From positions 1 to 57,011 of the forward strand of contig JAFGAK010000166.1 in the NCBI GenBank assembly GCA_016933745.1: DNA of 57,011 bases. The letters are read 5' to 3'. Below, piece after piece: positions 38,248-47,124 of this stretch. Positions within the stretch are counted from its first letter, which is position 1; each line of letters opens with the position of its first letter. The position numbers and the translations under genes were made by a program. Origin of the DNA: Bacteroidales bacterium (lineage in GTDB: Bacteria; Bacteroidota; Bacteroidia; Bacteroidales; UBA12170). Below the pieces are notes generated by a model that was not told where the DNA came from, searched no databases, and was given only the letters and a program-made list of their open reading frames with translations.

Positions 38248-40737
38248 ATGAAAAAATTATTATTAGGCCTTGCTATCTTACTTATTTCGGTGCAAGTTTT
38301 TGCACAAACTGTCACAATCACTGAATCAGCAGGTTGGTTGGAGTCGGCTTACTTAAAGTGGCAACCTGTAGCTGGAGCTGATAGCTATAATGTGTATTAT
38401 AGCGGAATGGGTAAGACCAATATTAAAATTGATAACCAACTCATCCGAAGTTACGGATCTTATTTTAGAGCAGATGTTTTGGGTCTGCAAGCTGGTGCCT
38501 ATACATTTAAAGTAACTTCGGTCACTGCTGGAGTTGAAGATCTAGGAACAGAAACCGCTTCAATTGCTGTATTGGCTCACGATCGAACTGGATTTGCATT
38601 TGATGGAGGACGTGTTCCTGGTGCATATAATTCGGATGGAACCCCAAAAACAGGTGCTGTTATTTTGTACATCACTCAAAATACAAAAAATACAATTTCA
38701 ATGAATGTGACTGGTGCCAATGCAAATCCATGTGTTGGTTTGGAAACTATTTTGGAAGGGTTTAAAAAAGGAGACGATAATCGGCCACTTATTGTTCGTT
38801 TTATAGGACAGATTACCGATTTTGATTATATGAATAAGGGCGATATTGTTGTTGAAAATGACAACAATGCTTTAAGTTATATCACATTGGAAGGAGTAGG
38901 AGATGATGCGGTTGCTTATGGTTGGGGAATTCGTTTGAAAAACGCTTCGAATATTGAGGTTCGTAACCTTGGATTTATGTTAACTGATGCAGACGAAGGC
39001 GATAATGTTAGCTTGCAACAAGATAATGAGTATGTTTGGGTGCATCATTGCGATATGTTCTATGGAGCTGCAGGAAGCGATTCAGACCAGGTTAAAGGCG
39101 ATGGCGCATTAGATTGCAAGAGATCAACCTTTGTTACTTTTTCGTATAACCATTTCTGGGATTCAGGAAAATCAAACCTATTGGGTTTAAGTGAAGATAC
39201 GACTGAGGGATTATACATCACTTATCATCACAATTGGTATGATCATTCCGATTCACGTCATCCCCGTGTACGCTTTTATTCTGCACATGTTTACAATAAT
39301 TATTTTGATGGAAATGCGAAGTACGGTATCGGTTCTACAATGGGTTCTTCCATTTTTGTGGAAAGTAATTTTTTCAGAAACTGTAAATACCCGATGCTTA
39401 CATCAATGCAAGGTACGGATGTTTATGGTGGTTCTTCCGGTACTTTTTCAGGAGAAGATGGTGGAACAATAAAAGAATTCAACAATAGCATTAGCGGAGC
39501 TTCCCGATTTGTTACCTATAATCCAAGCACTTATCCAATCGAATTTGATGCGTATGCCGCAACTACAAGAGACGAAGTCATTAGCTCAAGCATAACGTCT
39601 AAAAAAGGATCAAATACGTACAATAACTTTGATACAGATCCTGCTTTATACATTAAAACTTTAACGGTTGAATCCCCTGAAGTGGCTAAAGAGAAAGTAA
39701 TGACCTATGCTGGTCGGGTTACGGGTGGCGATTTTGAATGGACTTTTAATAATGCAGTTGATGATGCAGCCTATGGTGTAAATACTGCCCTTAAAACGGC
39801 ACTCACAAACTATACAACCAAATTAGTGTATGTGCAAGGAGAAACGGCACCAAGTAGTCATACACTCACCATTACAACCGATAATGCAGATCAAACGGTT
39901 TGGCAAGGCAGTCAGATTGATGATATTGTATTCACTTGGGGAGGAGATGCAAGCGATGTTACAGTTAACGGATTACCGGCTTCTGGAATTGATTTTGTAA
40001 AAGATGTAATGGGCAGAACTGTCACCATTTCTGGTTCACCTCTTGCGAATGTATCTTTCTCTGTTACCACGGTTGGTGCGTCAGGTACACCCATAACGGA
40101 AACAGGAAGTATTACTTTATTAATTCCGGGGACTGGAGAGGAAGTGCATAATTTCACGGAATCAGGTTTAACAAGTAATTTCTATGCATTTGGTTCCACT
40201 GCAAACCTTTCCACATCTAAAGGAACCATTACGTATAATGGTTTGACATTAACCCAATGTCTGAAGATAGAATATGCTACGGTAATCAGCTATACAACAA
40301 ATCAGGAGAGCACTTTAACATTGGTGATGAATACCACCATTGATGATCCAACAGCACGTATTGTTGTGGATGGAACAACCTATACAGATGCTTCGGGTAT
40401 CATAAGTATACCTATTGCTCCTGGAGACCATACAATTACAAGAAATATTGCCGCCAATTTATTCTATATGAAAACCGTTTATGGCACTGCACTTGGCACA
40501 GAAAATATAGAAATCTCAAACATCAAGATTTATCCTAATCCGGTAACAACGCATGTTAAGATTTCGATGGTTGAAAAAATCGAAAGAGTAGACGTTTATT
40601 CCATTTCAGGTGTTCTTATTAAAAGCATCATGTCGAATTGTGAAAGTGTTGATATAAGTGATTTGTCTCACGGAAGTTATGTGTTAAAAGTATTTACGGA
40701 ACAAAATGTATTCAGTAAAGTGATTTTGAAAAAATAA
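38248..40737 (+). CDS. PL1 pectate lyase with Ig-like module, CBM77-like module and type A T9SS CTD
   Basis: VWVHHCD and SRHPRVR PL1 motifs; HNFT...NLSTSKGTITYNGLTLTQCLK (CBM77-like, ~40141-40482); IYPNP...KVILKK CTD. Confidence 0.9.
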   Translation: MKKLLLGLAILLISVQVFAQTVTITESAGWLESAYLKWQPVAGADSYNVYYSGMGKTNIKIDNQLIRSYGSYFRADVLGLQAGAYTFKVTSVTAGVEDLGTETASIAVLAHDRTGFAFDGGRVPGAYNSDGTPKTGAVILYITQNTKNTISMNVTGANANPCVGLETILEGFKKGDDNRPLIVRFIGQITDFDYMNKGDIVVENDNNALSYITLEGVGDDAVAYGWGIRLKNASNIEVRNLGFMLTDADEGDNVSLQQDNEYVWVHHCDMFYGAAGSDSDQVKGDGALDCKRSTFVTFSYNHFWDSGKSNLLGLSEDTTEGLYITYHHNWYDHSDSRHPRVRFYSAHVYNNYFDGNAKYGIGSTMGSSIFVESNFFRNCKYPMLTSMQGTDVYGGSSGTFSGEDGGTIKEFNNSISGASRFVTYNPSTYPIEFDAYAATTRDEVISSSITSKKGSNTYNNFDTDPALYIKTLTVESPEVAKEKVMTYAGRVTGGDFEWTFNNAVDDAAYGVNTALKTALTNYTTKLVYVQGETAPSSHTLTITTDNADQTVWQGSQIDDIVFTWGGDASDVTVNGLPASGIDFVKDVMGRTVTISGSPLANVSFSVTTVGASGTPITETGSITLLIPGTGEEVHNFTESGLTSNFYAFGSTANLSTSKGTITYNGLTLTQCLKIEYATVISYTTNQESTLTLVMNTTIDDPTARIVVDGTTYTDASGIISIPIAPGDHTITRNIAANLFYMKTVYGTALGTENIEISNIKIYPNPVTTHVKISMVEKIERVDVYSISGVLIKSIMSNCESVDISDLSHGSYVLKVFTEQNVFSKVILKK

Positions 40738-40768
40738 GCAAAGATATTCCTCATAACTATATTTGACT

Positions 40769-40806
40769 AAGAAACCGTCTTTCAATTTAGGACGGTTTCT
40801 TTTTTT
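40769..40806 (+). terminator. Intrinsic terminator after PL1
   Basis: AAGAAACCGTC...GACGGTTTCTT followed by a T run. Confidence 0.85.
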
Positions 40807-41044
40807 CGGGAGACATTAATTTTACTAATCCCTGATAAACCTGTTGAATAAATCATTTCTATTTTACACATTAGATCTTAGGTAAAAATCAAGAAACCTT
40901 TTATTCAGAATGCAAAGCATTCTTCTAAATAAGTGTATTTGTAGCACAAGAGATAAGGTAAGTTGAATGAAAAACTAGGTTATTTATTTTTGGTTCTAAT
41001 CCCAAAAAAAGTCTTGTCTCTTTAAAATACAGAATCCAAGAACT

Positions 41045-41080
41045 AAAAAAGCCGCCTCAAAATCATGTTTTGAGACGGCT
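41045..41080 (-). terminator. Intrinsic terminator after the small T9SS protein
   Basis: AAAAAAGCCGCCTCAAAA-tcatg-TTTTGAGACGGCT. Confidence 0.85.
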
Positions 41081-41111
41081 CAGGTGCATTTAATTAATTC
41101 AAATCAAATAT

Positions 41112-41909
41112 CTAGTAAGTAGATAGTTTAACGGATTTTTGACCTTCAGAAGTTTTTAAAGTTGCAATGTATAAACCAGATTTTAAACTAAAATCGATAT
41201 CGCTACTAGTTGTAAATTCTTTTACCAATGCGCCAGAAATGCTGTATATTTTAACATCTGTAGTCGTTTTTGTATTGTAAACAAATACTCTGTTCTTATT
41301 AGATCTGATGTTTGTTTCAATAGTAGTTGCGGGATTGCTAACGCCTAAGATTGTAGAACTAATTTCAATTTTATACAAGTTATAAGCATTACCTGCAAAA
41401 AATATGTACAAGTCACCGGCTTCGCCAAGGTAATTTGCTTCAATATACTGAGGATCAGTATTGTCTGCTATACCAGTAAAGTGAGTGACTTCAGCAGTAC
41501 CGTCTGTAACCCAAAGATCTCTAGGGATACTTGTTCCACTTTGTCTAAACCAAATTTTTACTGCAACAGGACCTGTAACAGGAAAAGTTAAGTAACGTTT
41601 TGTTGGCATAAAGGTTACCCCATCAGATGGATCTACACCGCTATTTCCTCCGCCTTTAAAACGGTTTATAGAGATGTACTCATCAGCAGTACCAGCAAAC
41701 CAAGTCGCACTATTTGCTTCAATAATACCAAAACCAGATCCATCATTTGGAACCATGGTTAATCCGTCAATTGTAGTCGTAGCTGTTAATGCTGCTTGGG
41801 GAGCCCAGGTTGTTTCATCTGTCCCGAAATCCCAAACTTTATTTTGTGCTTGTGCAGCAACCGCAAAAAAGAGGACTGGTAAAATAATAGATAGTAAAAT
41901 TTTTCTCAT
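41112..41909 (-). CDS. Small T9SS-secreted protein: one CBM-like beta-sandwich plus CTD, no recognisable catalytic domain
   Basis: Signal peptide ending AQA-Q, ~165-aa beta-rich module, C-terminal KIYSISGALV...KSGLYI...KSVKL CTD. Confidence 0.75.
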   Translation of the reverse strand: MRKILLSIILPVLFFAVAAQAQNKVWDFGTDETTWAPQAALTATTTIDGLTMVPNDGSGFGIIEANSATWFAGTADEYISINRFKGGGNSGVDPSDGVTFMPTKRYLTFPVTGPVAVKIWFRQSGTSIPRDLWVTDGTAEVTHFTGIADNTDPQYIEANYLGEAGDLYIFFAGNAYNLYKIEISSTILGVSNPATTIETNIRSNKNRVFVYNTKTTTDVKIYSISGALVKEFTTSSDIDFSLKSGLYIATLKTSEGQKSVKLSTY

Positions 41910-41942
41910 GTTTAAATTGTTTAAGGTTAATAATTTATTTAA

Positions 41943-41963
41943 TGTAATCGATTACCAAATATA
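41943..41963 (-). promoter_or_regulatory. Promoter of the small T9SS gene: -7 box TATATTTG plus operator
   Basis: Minus strand reads TATATTTG-GTAATCGATTACA; box at 41956-41963, operator at 41943-41956. Confidence 0.85.
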
Positions 41964-42038
41964 TAAAAAGATGCTTAGATTTTTGAAATAAATTAAAAAA
42001 AGTTAATAAAAATAACGCAATTGAATTGTAAATATAAT

Positions 42039-42072
42039 AAAAAAGAGCTTGCGATTGCAAACTCTTTTTTTT
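42039..42072 (-). terminator. Intrinsic terminator after the giant CE8
   Basis: AAAAAAGAGCTTGC-gatt-GCAAACTCTTTTTT. Confidence 0.8.
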
Positions 42073-42092
42073 CTTAAAGGCTTATTAATTAA

Positions 42093-45000
42093 TTAGTAAA
42101 CAAACAATTTTACTGATTTTTGCCCATCAGCATCTTGTATTCTTGCGATAAAGACGCCTGCTTTTAAAGCAAAATTTAAATCTGTATTGGTTTGTAAAGA
42201 TTCTACTAAAGCTCCAGCAACTGTATAAATTTGAATATTTGTTGTTGATGTTACGTGCGTAACATGGATTTCTCCTCTTGATCCGTAGGCATGCACAAGT
42301 GAAGTAGGGGAATTCGAAGGTTCAAAAAGCATTGTATACAATGTTCCAATTGGATCCCAATCGTCATTCCCTTTTGTAAAATTAAATGTAGTAATGTCGG
42401 TGCCATCTGTTAAAGTTGGTGTAGTTAAAACGGTTGACCACGAAGCTCGATTCCCTGAGTTATCAATTCCTGAAGCGTTTTCAATGGTTCCATACTCATA
42501 CATTTTATTCGATTCTCCACCTAAGGTGCTCATCCAACCTAAAGGAGAAATTAAGGACAAACCTTCGGAGCCCGGATAAGTAGATTCATCAATGGTTGTA
42601 TTGTAAAATACAACCTCGCTGGTATTCGCAAGCCACGGGCGACCAAAATATCCTGGTTTTGAACCATAAGTAGAGGCTGTTTCAACACTTGGTATTGTGG
42701 ATTTTATATGACATTCATACATCAAAAATCCTCTTCCACTTGTTTGTTGTGCTGCGGTAATATAAGCCGCATCACTACTCGCATCACTCGTATTTAAAAC
42801 CAAGTCGGTTTGATAAAATACAGCATCCATTCCTCCAAATAAGTAGTCAACTGCACCCATTACGGCTCCTTTGTAAACAAGAACCCTTGCACCGGAACCA
42901 CCAAAGAAAGAATCTTGGCGACCAACAATACGACATTTATTTAAAATAACCTTATCGGTATTATTTGCAATGCCAATTGCAGCTGCTCTTTCAACAAAAC
43001 CTAAATTTCTGTCCTGAACAGAAGTATTTCCATAAGTCGTTGGTCTTGTACCTCCAATTGGTGCTTGGCTTGTTGCCACAACAACATCTTCAGATTCTTT
43101 TTGAGAAATGTATTGGTTAAAAGAGTTCTCGATAATAAGATCTTCTGCCGTAAATCCATTCGCCATAACAACCACAGTGGCATTCCAAAATGAATTATTA
43201 GTTGTACCAGAAACGTTATTGTATAACTGATAACCATTTTCTTTATTCACTCTTAAAGCGTCGGCATTCCATTTATTATCTGTACCCTGACTGTAATAAT
43301 TGTAGCCGTAACCATAATAGGAAGTTATTCTTACGGCGCTTGCATCTATATCTACTCCGCTATTTGCCAAGGCAATACTTGGAGTAAGCGAAGCATTTTT
43401 TAAGGTGATGTTCGGACTGGTAATGGCTAGCATTTCTTCGTAATTTCCTGGGTCTATCATAACTGTTACGCGCTGTTCTTCAGTTCGAACCATTTCAGAA
43501 ATGGCTTGTAAAGCATCATTGATCGTTTGGTAATCTTTGTCGGATCCTACCGTAATGGTTGGCGAATAATTCACCACCGTTCTTAGCGCTATATTTGTAA
43601 TATAGGTAGTTCCACTTCCAGCGACTACGATGGTTGCTGTACCTGTATCGGTTCCGGTATAAATGTATTCAACGCTTTCAATTGTTGAGGTACTTCCACT
43701 ACTTGTAATTACAGCATCGCCTCCTTCGATAGAGAAATTAGCTGCGTAATAATAGCTTACAATCATTTTTTGACCAGGATTTAATGGGACTGCAATGTTA
43801 GAGCCAACTCCACATGAAAGGTGACCTTTTGCAATTTCATTGGATACACTGCCAGTAAATGCTAAACCTTTGTAGTACGGATCTCCATTGGAAATTACTT
43901 TGTCAGCAAAAGTCCAGTCTTTTACAGGATTGAATGTTAATGATTTAGAAGTCGCAGCACCTGATACTGTTAAGTTTGAAGTCAATGCCAATTCGATGGG
44001 ATATTCATCTAAACCATCATACTCAATGGTATAAACGCCATCCCGTAAGTTAACGGTTGATACATCAGAAAAATCATAGCTATAGCCAACTTCGTTTAGA
44101 TTAGAAAAAGTTAGTGCTAATTTACTGAGTTGAGTTGCATCTAAATCAGAAGAGTTTATCGTCACTCCATAAACGGGTTTAGCACTAAATACGATATCTG
44201 AAGATTCATCTGCTGTCCCAATAGTAATCGTGTTTGAAGTAATATCAAAATCATTTACACCCTTAGCAGAAATTGTATATTCGATGCTAGGTTCCAATAA
44301 AATGGAGTAGGTTGAAGCATCTGTGTCAATGTTAGGTTCGGGTGTATAAATAGCATCGGAAAGAGGGTCTGCAGTGAAGATTAATGTGAGATCAGAAATC
44401 TTTGAACCTAGACCTGTAATAGAACCAGAGACGGTATAAAGTTCAACCTGCACAATGGTAATATCATAGGTAGTTGTGGATTCTATAACTTCCAAAGAGG
44501 CTCCATTACTGATGATGTAACCGTTGGCATCGACCAGACTTAATTCATAGGAATATCCTTGAGGAAGATCCACACTATAACTTCCGCCTGAAACGTTGGA
44601 AGACCAAATTTTTCCTGCCTCGTTTGTGAAAACAATGGAGTACCCATTAGGAATACCTGCAGCAGCACTTACATCTACATTTCCTGTAAGTGTTTTGTAA
44701 ATGGCGTCTTTTCTTTCAATTCGGTAATAACTTGGTTTATCTACTGCATCGTAAATGTGGTACGTTCCTGCCGATTTTGCAACAAATTGAACTTCTGTAA
44801 GTGTTCCGGGAACTGCAACCACATCATTTTGAGCAGTAGGATCCGCAACATATTCAAAATGAATTTGTCCTGTTCCATTCTGACTTAACATATGAAGGGT
44901 CACTTCGTCGTCTTCACTTAAGGTCAAACTCATGTATCTACCGGTTGCTTGAGAGGCATTCACATACACTCTTCCGCTAAATCCGATAACACTGCTTATG

Positions 45001-46925
45001 TTTTCATCGTAGCGTGTAAGGTTGGTATTCGTTGTTCTCAAACGGTCGTTAGAACCACCTACCCAACTTAAAACACCTTCTGTAAAGGATGGCAATACAT
45101 TTCCGGAAGAACCCGCAGTAATACCAGCATCGTACCAAGCATTAATTTTGCTTTCGTTTAATTGATTATTATAAACTTCGGCATCTAATTGTTCAGCACC
45201 AAAATCCCACACATCAGTTTTTCCATTGGGTGAAGCTGTTTGAGCAGCATTTTCAATGGTCATCCCATGAATATAAATTTCTGCAGTTGGGAAGTTCGTA
45301 CTTTTTAAAGTAGCTCTGATTGTTCCTGCATCGCCGCTATAAGAAAAGCTGGAAGCAAATCCATCTGTATCGCCTATATTTTGAGCATCAATAGAACCTA
45401 AAACAGTTTCATTCTCATCGGTAAATTCAAAAACGGCATCCGTTGCATTGCCGTAGGTACATACAACAAAGGTAACAATCGCATCTCCGGCTACTATGAT
45501 ATCAAACGAATTGCCTGAGAAGAACACTCCTCCGTGTGAGGCATCGTGATAACCAAATTTAAGTGCGTTATCCTCCGTATTACTTTTTATATTGACAAGG
45601 CCATCGCTGGTTAAAAAGGAGTCATACCTTAAGGTTGAATAGCTCGTTTGAGGGAGTTCAGAGCCATCGTTAAAATGGTAAGTATACGTTTCTCCTGGTT
45701 CTGCTTCTACTGTAGCTGAATTATCGGCATAAGTTATACTATAAGTTTGAGGATCAGTGGCAGGATCAGCATAATGAATTGTCATAAGATTATCTGAAAC
45801 ATCAACAGAAGCAATATCCCCAGTTAATACCGGCGTAAATGAAGATAAAGCATTTCCGCCTAAATCAATTTGGATGGAAGCTGTTTCATTCGTAGCACTA
45901 ACAACAGTTCCTGAACTTACAGTTACGGTTGCATTACTATTTGCATCAGCTCCTGCTGTTACACTTATTTCCGTACCATTTATGGTAATTGTCCCCGATT
46001 TTTGCACCCATGAGGTTAAAGTAACATCAAAAGGTGTAGGGGATAACTCAATAAAAGGTAAGTAAGTAGTTCCACTACCCGTATGATTTAGTACAACAGT
46101 TCCTGCATTGCCAACATATAAAAAATCAACAAAAAGGGTTGTTCCATCGCTATATGTTGTTCCAACATTACTTTGGGAATATACATCAAAATCACCTGTT
46201 TCACTACTTACATCAATCGTACCAGCCGAATAAGCGTCAGTGCCTACTCTTATGTAGGTATTTCCAGCAACTTGAAGAGTTATTTTGTTCCCATCTTTAA
46301 AAGTAATACCATGTTGCGTGCCGTTTAAACTAAGTCCATTGCAGCAACCAGCTTCAATTTTAAATAGTCCAACTTCTATCGTATTGCTTGGACTCGAAGG
46401 AACAATGCTACTGTCTCGTAAATCAAAATAATAGGCGATGTTTTTTTCAGCATTTTCAAAGTCTTTACCTGCTTGAGCAGGAATCACTTCAATTTTTGGC
46501 AAATAAGTGTCGTTGCCTGTACCAGCAACTGTTTTAAAATTTAAGGTGGCTGCAGTACCAGAGTAAACAAAATCATAGGTGTCTACTTTATCAGTGGCCA
46601 CTTTTGTAACTTGTTCGCCTAAATCACCGTTTGTAGTTGCTGTTCCAACCATATGGAGGCCAGAATAAGCAGAGCCTAAAAACCGAATGGTGCAACTTCC
46701 CCCGACTGCAATATTTATTTCCTGATCAAGTTTTAAATCAAGGCCATAGGACGAACTATGATAAATATAAGCACCGCCTAAAGTTAGTTTTCCATCGGGA
46801 CTTTGCTGAGCACTAATGATTGTGCCATCGGTAAAGTCGTAGGTGACTGAATTTGTAATTTGTCCTTGCACCACTAAAGTTAAAAGGATGAAAGGAACAA
46901 TCAAGAAAGAGTAAAGCTTTTTCAT
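42093..46925 (-). CDS. 1610-aa multimodular CE8 pectin methylesterase with repeated CBM-like modules and T9SS CTD
   Basis: CE8 domain at ~43560-42350 (YQTINDAL, PGNYEE, GRQDSFF, GAVDYLFG, YFGRPW); ~1100-aa N-terminal beta-rich region; signal peptide; CTD. Confidence 0.85.
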   Translation of the reverse strand: MKKLYSFLIVPFILLTLVVQGQITNSVTYDFTDGTIISAQQSPDGKLTLGGAYIYHSSSYGLDLKLDQEINIAVGGSCTIRFLGSAYSGLHMVGTATTNGDLGEQVTKVATDKVDTYDFVYSGTAATLNFKTVAGTGNDTYLPKIEVIPAQAGKDFENAEKNIAYYFDLRDSSIVPSSPSNTIEVGLFKIEAGCCNGLSLNGTQHGITFKDGNKITLQVAGNTYIRVGTDAYSAGTIDVSSETGDFDVYSQSNVGTTYSDGTTLFVDFLYVGNAGTVVLNHTGSGTTYLPFIELSPTPFDVTLTSWVQKSGTITINGTEISVTAGADANSNATVTVSSGTVVSATNETASIQIDLGGNALSSFTPVLTGDIASVDVSDNLMTIHYADPATDPQTYSITYADNSATVEAEPGETYTYHFNDGSELPQTSYSTLRYDSFLTSDGLVNIKSNTEDNALKFGYHDASHGGVFFSGNSFDIIVAGDAIVTFVVCTYGNATDAVFEFTDENETVLGSIDAQNIGDTDGFASSFSYSGDAGTIRATLKSTNFPTAEIYIHGMTIENAAQTASPNGKTDVWDFGAEQLDAEVYNNQLNESKINAWYDAGITAGSSGNVLPSFTEGVLSWVGGSNDRLRTTNTNLTRYDENISSVIGFSGRVYVNASQATGRYMSLTLSEDDEVTLHMLSQNGTGQIHFEYVADPTAQNDVVAVPGTLTEVQFVAKSAGTYHIYDAVDKPSYYRIERKDAIYKTLTGNVDVSAAAGIPNGYSIVFTNEAGKIWSSNVSGGSYSVDLPQGYSYELSLVDANGYIISNGASLEVIESTTTYDITIVQVELYTVSGSITGLGSKISDLTLIFTADPLSDAIYTPEPNIDTDASTYSILLEPSIEYTISAKGVNDFDITSNTITIGTADESSDIVFSAKPVYGVTINSSDLDATQLSKLALTFSNLNEVGYSYDFSDVSTVNLRDGVYTIEYDGLDEYPIELALTSNLTVSGAATSKSLTFNPVKDWTFADKVISNGDPYYKGLAFTGSVSNEIAKGHLSCGVGSNIAVPLNPGQKMIVSYYYAANFSIEGGDAVITSSGSTSTIESVEYIYTGTDTGTATIVVAGSGTTYITNIALRTVVNYSPTITVGSDKDYQTINDALQAISEMVRTEEQRVTVMIDPGNYEEMLAITSPNITLKNASLTPSIALANSGVDIDASAVRITSYYGYGYNYYSQGTDNKWNADALRVNKENGYQLYNNVSGTTNNSFWNATVVVMANGFTAEDLIIENSFNQYISQKESEDVVVATSQAPIGGTRPTTYGNTSVQDRNLGFVERAAAIGIANNTDKVILNKCRIVGRQDSFFGGSGARVLVYKGAVMGAVDYLFGGMDAVFYQTDLVLNTSDASSDAAYITAAQQTSGRGFLMYECHIKSTIPSVETASTYGSKPGYFGRPWLANTSEVVFYNTTIDESTYPGSEGLSLISPLGWMSTLGGESNKMYEYGTIENASGIDNSGNRASWSTVLTTPTLTDGTDITTFNFTKGNDDWDPIGTLYTMLFEPSNSPTSLVHAYGSRGEIHVTHVTSTTNIQIYTVAGALVESLQTNTDLNFALKAGVFIARIQDADGQKSVKLFVY

Positions 46926-47103
46926 AAAAATGTCATTTAGTTAGAACACATGGTATTTATTTTCAAATCTTTAAACATAAATAATAACCTAATTATTAAA
47001 TGGATATAGAATAAATTAAGATTTCAAAACTTGCTATTCTCAGAAACATATCTTTAAGAATCCAAATCGATTGGTGACGAAAATCGATACGACAATAAAT
47101 CAA

Positions 47104-47124
47104 TGTAATCGATTGCCTAAGTTA
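47104..47124 (-). promoter_or_regulatory. Promoter of the giant CE8: -7-like TAACTTAG plus operator
   Basis: Minus strand reads TAACTTAG-GCAATCGATTACA; operator at 47104-47117; same geometry as the 41943 site. Confidence 0.8.

Noticed and set aside
40807-41044. ~240-bp spacer between two convergent terminators as a possible sRNA
   Set aside because: No convincing promoter, ORF or stable structure could be identified.
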